Origin: Vitrella brassicaformis CCMP3155
Lineage: Eukaryota; Protista; Chromerida
DNA: 49,514 bases
Direction: 5' to 3'
Assembly: GCA_001179505.1 (NCBI GenBank)
Contig: CDMY01000570.1
Location: 1-49,514 of the forward strand
A program made the position numbers and the translations under genes. Under the pieces are notes generated by a model. That model did not search any database. It saw only the letters and a program-made list of their open reading frames with translations, and was not told the DNA's origin. Of this stretch, positions 11,929 through 23,800 are shown piece by piece (position 1 is the first letter of the stretch; each line of letters starts with the position of its first letter).

Positions 11929-13577
11929 CTGCGTGGTGACCTTTGTGAGCTGGTCCGGTGGCTCCTCTAAGATGCTTGTGACGGCATCGCGGTGTCGCGT
12001 GAAGTACACCTCCACCAGGAGGCTGCCCCAGCCGCCGTACAGCTGACACACGCTGCTGTGCAGCTCTGCCACACACACACACACGCACACCCAGGCACAC
12101 TTACAAGGGGCCATGTGTGTCTGTGTCTGCCTACCCATTTCGTTCTCTTCTGCGATTATCCGATCCAGTGGCTCTTCTGGCTGACGCACAACAGAAAGAC
12201 AGGGAGAGAGAGCCAACAGGCAGGGACACAAGCTCCTCGTGGCGCTTGTGCAGCCTCACTTTGTCCATTGCCGCCATGTCATCGAGCTTTTTCTCAAGCA
12301 CCTCCAGGGAGGTCTCACACGCGGCCGCCTGCTGCAGCAGCTCATCGTCAGACGCCGATAACACACCTGCACACACACACCCATGTGTGTGTGTGTGTGT
12401 GTCATGTGGATGGATTGGCGCCTACGCGGTGTGGCGCGGGCAGTGTTGTATTCCATTGCAACTGACGTACAGACATACAGACACACGACTTGCAGCCTCA
12501 CATTGTGTGGGTGTGTGTCCATTTGTATTTGTCTCACGTTGGAGCAATCGCCTTCTCCACCCATCAGAGGGCACCGAATCTGCGGCCGCTGCCGGCAGCT
12601 GCTCAGCAGACGATGCACCATCACCGTCAACAGCCAAACCAACGGCCTACACACACCCACACACTGTGAAAGAAAGCGAGATACTGGTGCCCACCACCCA
12701 GTATCCCACCTGCTGCACCAGCCGTATCTCGCGACACAGGTGCCCGCGGCAATACGTTTCCTCGCCGAATGATGCGGCCATCTCGTCGTCAGAGCAGCCG
12801 ATGCCCGCCAACCCCTTGTGTGCCTCGTCCAAGCGGCCCTCCTCCACCTGCACCAGGGCGGCCATGAGGCCGCTCAGCCGCGCGGCGTCGCTGTGTGCGT
12901 CAAGGGCGGCGGCCAGCCGATGGGCCGTGTGGAAGGACTGCACCAGGAGAGAGATGGAGTGTGAGACGACAACGAGAGAGAGGGTGTAAGGTGAGAATGA
13001 GAAGGAGGGCTATGGGGTGTGAAGTACGGTTACGTGCCTGCGCAGCCAGGTGCATATTGAGGGCTCTGCAGTGGGCGGTGCCCAGCCTGCAGATACACAC
13101 AGCATGATGGTAGCCACAATCCCCTCTCCCTCTCCCTCTCTGTGCGTGTGTGTGTGTGTGTGTGTGTCTGTGTCTGTGTCTGTGTCCCCAGCAGGTCTCA
13201 TACCACTGGTAGATGAGCGGTGCTTCCGGTGTCTGGCTCATGAACTTGGAGCATATCTCAGCCCCTCGCGACCACTCCACCGCGGCCGCCCCGAACCGGC
13301 CGTCAGCATACGCCCTCAGCCCAGACACGAACTCAGGAATCTGCACCCATCGCCCACCAACACACACACACACACACACATGAATCCAATGCACACATCT
13401 GCGATGCATTGATCTGATCTGATCCACCTGGAAGAGCACTGCGGACGGTCCCTGCTGCAAGGCAGACGCTGTGCTGAGGTGCCGCAGCCCTCTCTCTAGC
13501 CTCACGCACACACACGGCTTCATGAGTGAAAGCCAACTGTGCGGCAAAAGGGAGTGATGAATTGATCGTAGCGCCAT
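10936..13577 (-). CDS. Multi-exon helical-repeat (TPR-like) protein with possible mitochondrial presequence
   Basis: N-terminus MALRSIHHSLL...RGLRHLSTASAL is Arg/Ser/Leu-rich. Amphipathic helical exons: IPEFVSGLRAYADGRFGAAAVEW, AALVQVEEGRLDEAHKGL, VYSHFQQVVVAEGLFTSALDKF, QALLNYSKLLRKWE, then a poly-Q linker and GLWLPQPSLARIADIYLQQHHAER*. Not all exon joins were verified. Confidence 0.6.
11878..11928. repeat. Compound (GT)n(GA)n intronic microsatellite, representative of many in this window
   Basis: Directly visible perfect dinucleotide runs. Confidence 0.9.
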
Positions 13578-13809
13578 GAAGCTGCCTGCTGATATAGACG
13601 CCGGCGGGATCAACAGCGAAATCAAAGGAGATCTGCTGCGAGCTCGGCGGCGAGGCGTTCAGGCGGCATTTCGCATACGCCGAGGACATGTTGCTCTACC
13701 TTGCAGGTGCACTGTGCTCACGTGCGAGATCTGGCAAACCGCTCCGGAATGGCACTCTGTGGTGATGGTGATGGCCATGACTGACTGACGGCTGCTATGT
13801 TTCTGTGTA

Positions 13810-15613
13810 ATGGAGACGGCCCGGCTGTTTGCGCGCGACGTGCTGCTGCTGCATCACATCCTCTTCGACTCCAACCCATGGCACCGCTCCGTCAGACACC
13901 TCCGCTCCCGCAACCCTCTCATGCCAATGCTGCACAGCGTGATGCCGCCCCCTTGGGACGAGGAGCTCGAGAGGAAAGACCTGGACATCTACAGGCACCT
14001 GACGCGAGTGGTGGAGAGGCAGTTCGGGTTTATTCTGTGCGAGATCCTGGGGCTGGAGGCGGGGGCGTTTGGGAAAGGGCGGTTCGAGCGGCCGGCGGCG
14101 CTGCGGGTGGGGAAGTCGGTGATTCCTGGAGGGGGCTTGGGTGTGTTTGCGGCTGAGGACATCAGGAGGGGCGCCTTCGTGACCTTCTACCCTGGGTGAG
14201 TGAGTGCAGTGCGTGAGTCGATGCATCCGATGATTGGAAGGGAGGGATGGCTGGAGGAATGGGTGTGTGGCTGTGCTGTACTGCCTTTTGTCTGTGTGTC
14301 TGTGTGCCTTTGTGCCAGGTTCATCTTCACCAACCCGGATCTGCGCGTGATACCTGACAGCGACTACGTCGTCGTCAACGCCAACAGGTCAGTACGGTAG
14401 GCAGGCCTGTTGTGTGCCCACGGACGGTCCCTGTGCTGCCTGCGTGTTGTGTTGGGTAGTGCAAACAACGTGGTGATGGATGGCTACGGCTGGCAGGCCG
14501 AGGACATCCAGGCATTCCCTGCTGGCAACCTGCCGCCAGCTTATGGAGGTGGCGGCAGCGATGAGATGGTCTTCCACGAGCGGTATGAGAAGGGCAAGAG
14601 CAAGGGCAAGGGCAGCAAAGGCGGTGGTGGTGGACAGCAGAGGGACGTCAGGATCGTGCACAAGAACCGGATAGGCATTGGTGAGTGAGTCAGCAAGAAG
14701 AGAGCAGACACATCCACACCCACACACGCAGAGGAGGACATGTATGTGTTGATGCAATGCAGGTCAGATCGTGAACCACGCGCCGTCCCTCGAGCACCTC
14801 AACCTGGCCCCCTTCCCCTTTCGCTTCCCATACCTCACCGACTACACCGACGTCAATCAACGCGCAATTGCCGCCGCACAACAACGGCAGCAGCAACGAC
14901 AGGAGACGACAGTCTCAGACGTCCCTCAGGTGCTGAGCAGCGGCTTCTCGTCGGCCCTGTGTGTGGCTCTGCAGCAGCTGACCCCTCACTCTGTCATCCG
15001 CCCGGTCGACACAAACCTGGAGAAGCTTATCGACAGGCAGCATGAGTCACGCCTCAGCAACGCGCTCATGAGGCGCATCAGACGGTCGGTGCGCAGCCAA
15101 ATGGGGGGAGGGTACTGGAAGAAGGTCTCTCTCTTTCTCTCTCTGTGTGTGTGTGTGTGTAGGTTCGTGCAGTATGGCGACTATGTTGACCGCCACCGGC
15201 TCAGGGCAGCAAGAGAAGCGGCATTAGCACTGTCATCCGCCACCGGGGAGAAAGAACTTGAAGAACCTGAAGCCACGACGGTCGACCCCACACAGCCCCC
15301 GCCACCCCTCACACGCGCCATCGCGCGAGACAGGGAGTCCCCCTGGCCGTTCGACGACACGCCTCCGCCCTTTCCCTTCGATGGTCTTGGCTATGTGGCG
15401 TTGCGGGACATTCCTGCCGGCGAGGAATTGTTCTGGAACTATCGGTTTGCGGGCGTGGGGACGTCTCTGGTGCAGCAGGCCATCCTGAGGACGCCGGTGC
15501 TGCACAGGTGGTGGTACCCCCATTGGTACCACTTTATCGACGAGAGGGAGTTCTTTCTGAGGCATGTGAAGGGGGGTGACAGCAGCAGCAGCAGCAGCAG
15601 CGCGAGCGAATGA
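13810..15613 (+). CDS. SET-domain protein (SETD9-like lysine methyltransferase), SET domain split by a long insertion
   Basis: SET motifs in order across spliced exons: SVIPGGGLGVFAAEDIRRGAFVTFYPG, VVMDG, IGIG|QIVNHAP, GYVALRDIPAGEELFWNY, followed by PHWY. The start codon is uncertain. Confidence 0.82.
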
Positions 15614-15915
15614 GTTTGTCCATGGGCGGGTGTGTGCGTGTGTGTGCGCACCGAGACATCAGTCAGTGATAGGTACCATACATGTCATGACATGTGTGGA
15701 TTCAATCAGTCAGCATGGGTAGGTGGGGCAAAACGGTCCGCCGGCGGTCTTAACAAATACCTCATCCACCCTCCCCTCCATGCCATGCAACCACACCGCA
15801 CCAGACAAGCCATGCAGCAGCCAAGTCACGCCAGAAAAAAAAGAGATGAGAAACTTCGCCACCCCCCCTCCCCACCCCATCCCCGAACAAAGGCGTAACA
15901 CAGTCAGTCAGCCAT

Positions 15916-18531
15916 TCAATAAGGTGAGGCCCTCACACCCCTCCCCCCAGCTGCCGGCCTTGCGGGGCCATAGCCCCCAGGAGCACCACCAACACCACCA
16001 GCAGCAGCGGCACCCAGCTGCTGTGTGGCCGCTATGGGTGCCATCGGTGCCGCCCCGTATGCAGCGGGCATCGTGGGGGCGCTTAGCACGGTGGGAGCTA
16101 CCATACCTGCCACCACGACACACACACATACACATACACATACACACACGCGCGCAGAGAACGGAAGACTTTCTGTCTCAGCTGGTCGTGCGTGTTTTGG
16201 GGGTACCGTACCCGTGGGGCCGCCCACCGGGGGCGCCATCGGCATTGGCGGAGCCATCGAACCTGTCACAGCACACAGACGCGTCGTCAATCAATCAATC
16301 CAGTCAGTCCGTCGTGGCAGGCAGTTTTCTCGTCTTCTCTCTCTCTCTCTCTCTCTCTCATCTCACCGGCATAGCCGGCATACGCAACGTTGGGCGGGTA
16401 TGCAGCCCCAGCCACAGCAGCAGGAGGGAAGCCCGGCCCGTATGCCGGCGCGGGGAAGCCCCCATAGGCCGCGTAGCCGTACCCTCCTCCCATCCCCATG
16501 CCCATCCCGTACCCGCCCCCATAGCCGTCGTAGCTGTAGGCGTCATACAGAGGGCCACCTGACACACACAGCGAAACCAAGTTGCGGACGTGATACGCTG
16601 TGACTGAGTGTGTTGACTGACCGCGAGGGCGAGGGGCGGCCGAGTATGGTCCACCGCCCCGGAACTGCGGCTCGTACCAATCTGACGCACCACAAGACGG
16701 AGACAGAGACAGACACACGGATGGGTGGGTGTTGGTGTGTGGGTGGTGGTGCCCCCCCTACCTCTTTTGAATCGGTCGTCGTCAAAGGGTCGTCTGCCTC
16801 TGGGGCCGGGGGCGTCGCGCGGCACCGCATGCTTGGCCTCACATTGCTGATATATGACACACACAGGCAGGCAGATCCAGACAGACAGACAGACAGAGAG
16901 ACAGAGAGACAAAGAGTGAGTGAGTTGGTGCCTCGTCCGTGAATGTGCAAAGACGGTATGGATCCATCATTCATGTCACTCATGATTCAAGCACGCCCGC
17001 CCCGCTTAGCCATCCATCCATTATTCTGCCGTCGTCTGAGCTCCTTTCTCCATCTCTTCTCGCCTCGTCTCGTCTCGCCTCGCCTCGCCTCGTCGCTGGA
17101 TCGTTTCTCGCTCTATGGCTCTGCTCGCTGGCTCCCCTCGCTGCCTGCCGTGTGGCTATCTCGCCAGAATAATAGCTCGCCTTTCCTCCTTCCTCAGCCC
17201 CATCTCACCCACCCATTCACCTTAACCGTGCCCCCCTCGCCACTTGCTGATAGGGCTGCTTCTGCTGTTGCCTGCTGCTGCTGCTGCTGCTGCTGCTGAC
17301 GTGATGATCATAACAACGAGACGATCTGCCGCTGGCTGCTGGCTCGCTCCCTTACTCCTTTCTCCTTTCTCCTTACTCCTTACTCCTTGGCTGTCGTCGT
17401 GTTGGCTCTCTCTCTTCTCTGTGACTTGCCTGAACTGAGCTCTTACGATACTTATAGATAGCACGCCCCTCACGACACATCACAGCACGGCACGGCACAG
17501 CACGTCAGACCATGTAGCAGGGAGAGAGAGCAGGGAGAGAGAGAGAGAGACTGACCGCTCGGCCCTTGATGGTGTGTGAGCCACACGCGGCCTCCGCGTG
17601 GTCAGGGTTCTCAAAGACAATGAAACCAAAACCTTCATGTCGACCACACCACGCCAGACCATATCATATCATAGCATCACACGCACCCCCGCCATACAGA
17701 CACGCAGGCAGGCAGACACACAACCAACACACGACACACATGGGTGTGTCCTTCCTTGTCTGTCTGACTGACTGACAGTCTCTCTCTCTGTGAGAGGAGA
17801 GAGGTGTGCATACCTCTGGGCCGGTGGTTGGTCTTGTCATACGCCAGGACAGCGTCCTTCACCTTGCCGTAACGACGCTCGAAATAGCCCCGAAACTCCT
17901 CTGCACATACACACACATGACATCACACACAGACACTCTCTCCCTCTCTCTCTGTCCTGTGCGTGTGTGGATTGGATTGGACTGCCCACCTTCCTGCAGG
18001 TCTTCGGGCAGTCCGCCAACGAAGAGCTTGCATGGGTTGTTGACGCTATCGTGCGGAGCGGCCTGGCGGGCCTCATCACGGGGCAACGCGCGGCGGCACT
18101 CGACCTTCATATCATCCACACCACACCACACACCATAGAAAGGACAAGTCTCTCTCACACACGTCTGGTTGTCGTACCAGGACGCCGTCAATCTTGTGTC
18201 TGTCGATCATGGCATGCTCGACCGCCTTGGTGTCGACAAAGGTGACGAAGCCGAACCCCCGACTGCGGCCGACGCGCCGGTCCATCACCACCGCGCAGTC
18301 AGCTATCTCGCCGTACTTGGAGAAATGCTCACGCAAACCTGGCAGACACACCCGAACGGAACGTGGCGTGGCACAGGCACCAGGCACAGGCAGGCAGGTC
18401 AGTGGTCTGTCTGTCTGGTGGGTGTCCTGAATGTCAGCATCCGCATACAGCTCACCTTCTGATGAGGTTTCCTGCCCGAGCCCGCCTATAAACATCTTGG
18501 AGGGGTTCTTGTTCAGGTCATCCATCACCAT
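15916..18531 (-). CDS. Two-RRM RNA-binding protein (Musashi/DAZAP1/hnRNP A-D type) with Gly/Tyr/Pro-rich C-terminus
   Basis: RRM1 has RNP2 KMFIGGL and RNP1 RSRGFGFVTF. RRM2 has KLFVGGL, RPRGFGFIVF and QCEAKHAVPR. The low-complexity tail (YGGGYGMGMG...) ends RASPY* with TGA at 15916. Confidence 0.92.
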
Positions 18532-18759
18532 TTTGCCTACGTACGGCCCTCCGCAGTTTTCCTTCCGCAAAGGCGAGCTTTCATCTGCCAAGCTCGCAGA
18601 AAAAAGCGAAAGGGAAAGGAAGAAGCGAATCAATCACGAGCACAGACAAGGCATTTTCGAGGGATTCAAGACAAAAAAAGAGAATCAAACGAGCACCGAA
18701 GTCAGCGGGCCCCCAGGCAAACGCGCATTTCTCAGGCATTTCGGAAGGGCCGACAAGCG

Positions 18760-20321
18760 ATGTCTGCTGCGGCATCACGAGCACGGAAGGTGGGAGCGAA
18801 GTCTTGCAAGAAGAGAAACCAGAAAGGAAAAGAACTGCACCGCGATTGACTGTCTGTCTGTCTGACTGTCTCCCTCCCTCCCTCCCCATCGTCTGTCTGT
18901 CTGCTGCAGGCGCCTGTGTCTGGCGCTGGCGCTGGCGTGACGTCGACACGCGTGCCGTATGACGAGCTCGTACGGAAGTACCGGGACGCACTGGTAAGGC
19001 CTGACAGACAACCAACATAATGCGGCTTGCACTGATGGATTGGCTCCGCCCTGTTTGTTCTGTTGGTTCATCAGCAAGAGAATCACCGGCTCAAGACTCA
19101 GTTGCGCGAGGCCAATGGGCGAAACGAAAGTCTGGTACGGAAGGAGAGCGCATGCATTCTAGCACACACACGTGCTGACGGCTGTGGTTTGTTGCGGTGG
19201 TTGGTGCAGGTGAGGCTGGTCGAGAGCCTCAGCAAGAGATGGGAGGCCAAGTGCGCCAAAGTGACAGCCAGAAACACACACGCGTAAGCCAACACACACA
19301 CGCACACACACACACACACACATGACTGGCCCCATGCCTGGCTGCTCACATGTGCCTGTCCATCCATCCATCCATCAGTGAGCGCGAGCTCGCCCGTGTG
19401 CGAGAGATCTACATGGACCACGCCGCCCAGACGCACAGCTGCAAGAGGACCACCTCATCCAAGTCACAATCGTCACAACAACGGCAGCAGCAGCAGCAAC
19501 AGCAGCATCTTCTGGGAGCCCCCGGTCCACCCCCGCCCCGCCAGGCCTGGCTCCCGCCATCCACTGGCAACGGCCAAACGCCCACGCCCACATCCCAGCC
19601 CCCCGCACCCCCTCCCAAGATGACGATGGGCGAAAGGCTGAGGCTCAAAAGGGAAGAAGAGGAGAAGGAGCGACAGGCGAAAGATAGGGATGCTCAGCAG
19701 GCGAAGGCGAGCACCAGCGGCGATGCTCCACAGCAGCAGCAGCAGCAGCAGCAGAAGCCCATGACGATGGCCGAGAAGCTGCGGGCGGCCAGGCAGAAAG
19801 ACGAAGAGAAAGAAATGGAGAGGAAGAGGGCTCAGGAGGCGGCGACGCAGCCCCCAGCTTCTGCTGCTGCTGCTGCACCTGCTGCTGCACCTGCTGCCGT
19901 TGATGGTGAGAGTGGGGATGGCAAACCGGCGGTGTTGCCGCCTCCCCGGCTGACCGAGAAGGAGCGACGCATCCTTGAGGATGACAGCGACAGCGAACTC
20001 GACAGCGATGAGGATGACAATGACAATGACGAGCGCGGCCCCCCAGCCACACAGTGAGTCACACAAAAGAGAGAGAGAGAGAGTGGCGAGCAGGAATCCC
20101 TCTCTCTCTCTCTGTGTGTGTGTGTGTGTTGTAGGTCTGCCCCAGCCCCGGTCATGGCTAAAGCGTCGTCTGCCCCAGTGCTGTCCAAGGCCGCCTCTGG
20201 CCACCCGTCCCGGCCGCGCACGCCCCCAGCTGTGATGCCTAAGCTGCAGATGAACACCGCTGCCCTGCAGTCCATCTGGCTGAGTGGCGAGAAGCAGGCG
20301 GCCGAATACCCGATGGACTGA
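18760..20321 (+). CDS. Hypothetical coiled-coil / low-complexity protein
   Basis: In-phase exons MSAAASRARK | APVSG...YDELVRKYRDAL | QENHRLKTQLREANGRNESL | VRLVESLSKRWEAKCAK | VSERELARVRE...DDSDSELDSDEDD... | SAPAP...EYPMD*. Confidence 0.7.
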
Positions 20322-20812
20322 TGAACTGATGGAAGGGTGGAGGGCGCCACAGTGTGGCGCGTGGTGCGCTTGCTGCAGTGAATGGAATGGAGCAGTGAAC
20401 GCGCTGGATGGTTTGGATCCACCAAGAGAGACCTTGGCAGGGAGGAAGGAGTTCATCCGTTGAGGGCTGTGGGTGTGCCTGTGCGTGCGTGTCCAAGTAC
20501 TTACCTTACGTGTGTGTGCCCACGCCACGTGGGTTGACGGGCGGGTAAGTGTGCATTCGGGCGTGAAGATGGTTGGTGCATCATGCTTGTGACGTCACAT
20601 GACTGACATCAATGCATTGCCTCGAAAGAATCGAACTGGATGGAACGCGTTGTGCAATTGAGATCAAAACGCTTTGATCGATCGGACTGGCAAGTCAGTC
20701 AGTCGGCTATTCACAAGTGTAGTGTCCCCCCACCCCACCTAACTAACACACCCATCTCGTCCGTCCCTACGCCAGGCCCAACCCACCAGTCAGTCCATCC
20801 CTCCCTCACTAT

Positions 20813-23800
20813 CTACGAGTCGCTGAGCAGCCGCTTCCCCCGTCGGTTGGTGCGGCGGACGGGGGGCGAGTCGTCCTCCTCCTCCTCCTCCTCTGCCTCT
20901 TCCTCGTCTCCCTCGCCGTCCCCCTCCCCACCCCCACCCCCACCACCATTGCCCATGCCCATGGCCATGTTCTCGTCATTGTCGTGGTCGTCTTGCTGCT
21001 GCTGCTGCTGCTCGTTGTCTCCATCTCGATGCATCCCCCCGCCCCGCTCCGGCTCGTGCCCGTTCTCTTGTGCGTGGCGGTAGTGGTGGTTGTCTTCGCC
21101 CGCCGCATTCCCATCATCGTCCTCTTCCTCTTGTTGTTCTTGCTCATCCTCTTCTTCTCGTTCGTCGGTCTCGTCACGCTTGCGCTTGCCCCCTGAGCTG
21201 CCCGCACGACGGTCTGTGCCGTCGCCGTCGCCGTTGCCATCCGCCATCTCCTCATTCTCAAAAGCGTCGTCGGGATCGCCGTGTGGTGTCTGTGGGTGTG
21301 GGTGTGGGTGAGGCTGTGGTGGGCCGGCAAGAGGCAGCTGCAGCAGCATCTGCTGTGTCTGCTGCGTCTGCTGTGTGGGCGTGGCCGCCGCACCATTCTG
21401 CTGCGGCTGCTGCTGCTGCTGTGTGTGGTGGGCATGGTCCTCTGCGGGCTCTTGTTTGATGATGCTCATGTTGACGGGGTGGGGATGGGGGGGCGAGGCA
21501 GCGAAGATGGGCGGGGGAGGTGGGGGGCCGCCAGCCGCACCCACAGCAGCCAGATTTTGCTGCTGCTGCTGCTGCTGGTCGTCATCGTCATCGTCATCGA
21601 GATCGTCATCGAATCTCCTGGGCTTCCTCTCTTGCAGGGGGTTGTAGGGCGTGAAGGTGATCTACAGGCACATGACACACACACACACACACACTCCCTC
21701 TCTGCGTGCGGGCGTGTGTGGGGGGGGAGGGAGTGGCGGACTGAAGGACGGATCGGTTACGTACGGGTGGCATGTCTATGTCGTCGTCTACAGTGGCGCC
21801 CAGCTCGCGCGCATCGACAGTGAGGGCGTGGGAGCACCCCTGCCGCTTGCAGATACCCACCTGATCCACCCACGCACACACGCACAGAGAGAGAGAGAGA
21901 GAGAGCGCTGCACGTGTGTGTTTGGTGTGTGTGGTGGGAGGGTGTTGTGGCTTGGCTGGCTGGCTGACTGACGGACTGACCATTCTATCTACTTTTTCGA
22001 AGCAGTTGTTGCGCAAACTGATGACCAGAAACTGAGCCGAACGCGCCTGCATCTGCACACACACCCACACCCACACCACATGTGTCTGCAATTCTTCTTT
22101 GCTTGCCTTGACGTATTCGGCGATGCGCGTGACGTTGGACTCGTCGAGGGCGGCGTCGATCTCGTCCATGAAGTAGATGGGGGTCGGCTTGTAGTGGTGC
22201 AGCGCAAAGACAAGCGCCAGGGAGCTGAGCGTCTTCTCGCCACCTACACACACACACACACACATGCAGCGCAGCCATTGCGTGTGGTCTGGTGTACCGG
22301 AGAGGTGCTGTATCGGCTTCCACGGCTTCTCGTGCGGCCGTATGCTGAGGTTGACGCCCTTCTCGAAGGGGTCATTCGGCACCACTGGCTCTAAGCGGGC
22401 GTCCCCGCCTAATGTGATCATCTACACACACACACACACACACGGATGGCCGCATAAACAGAGAGAGAGAGGCAAAGATCTTTTCATGTGTGTGGGATGG
22501 TGGGTGAGCTTGCCTGGTACATCTCGGTGAGTTTCTTTGCGATGACGTCGAACCCTGCCTCAAAGGTGGTCCGCCGCTTGCACTCAAACTCACGCAGCAT
22601 GCCCATGGCATGGCTGCACGCGTCGCTCACCTGACACCCCCACACCCCCCCACACAAGACACAGAAATATCACCATGTATGTCTGTGTTGTGTGTGAAAG
22701 AGGTGCAGTCAGCCCTCCGCGCCTGCCTGTTGGTGCTCGCGAGTGCGTTTGTCGAGCAGCCGCAGCTTGGTGTTGTACTTGTCGATGACGCTCAGCTCGG
22801 GGTGGGGCCCCAGGCGCCCGGCCATCACCTCGCGGATCTCGTCCTGCAGGTCCTCCTACACAGACGTATGGGTGTACCCACACAGACACAGCGAGAGGGA
22901 GAGGGAGAGGGACAGAGCGATGTTTCCTGGACGATTGCAATTGCGAGGCTTGTTGAACTTGCCTCGGTGATCTGGTCCAGCTCGTCGGCCGTGCGCATGC
23001 GGAACGGACAATCCTGCACCCACACAAAGAACACTCGGCGTCCATCTGTGTGTGTGCTCGTCTGTCTGTCTGTCTGCCTGTCTGGCTGCGTACCGGACGG
23101 TCGTCCCTCCCACGGCCGCCACGATCAGCATCGTTGCCCTTCTTCCTTCTCGCCTTGTCCGCCGCCTTCTTCTTCATCTTGCGGCGCTGTGTCTGCTGCT
23201 GCCGCTGCTGCCGGTCGTCCTCCCCCTCCCCCTCACCGCCCTCATCGTCGATGTCCATCATGTCCAGCTCCCCCTCCTCTGCTGCGCCTAAACCGTCTTC
23301 GTGAGGCTGGTCGTCGGCCTCATGGTCGTCACGGTCGTCATGCTCCCGCACGACGGGCAGCTCGTAGTACTGCTTCTTGAAGCGGAGGATCTCCTTCTCG
23401 TGGGCGCGCACCTGAACCACACGCACACACACAGACAGAGGGAGGGAGGGAGAGGGGGAGAGAGGGAGAGCTTTGTGTGTGTCTGGAGGGAGGGGGAGGA
23501 GGGAGAGAGAGAGGGGAGGTGGGACCTTGTGTGTGACGGCTGCGAGTTTGGTCTCTTGGTCGTGTTTGCGCTGGTCGATTTTGATCTTGGCCAGCTCGAG
23601 GGCCTTCAGCTGCTCAGCCGCTCTCTTCTGCTCAGACTGGTGCGAAGACTTCTCCTAAACACACACACACACACACACAGGGGGAGAGAGGGAGAGGGAT
23701 GCAGCATTGTGTGTGTGTCTGTGTGTGCTTGGCCAAGGGTGGATGGTATGGCACCGCTGCAGAGACGGACCTCTTGTTTGTCTGTGAGGGCTTTCTTGGC

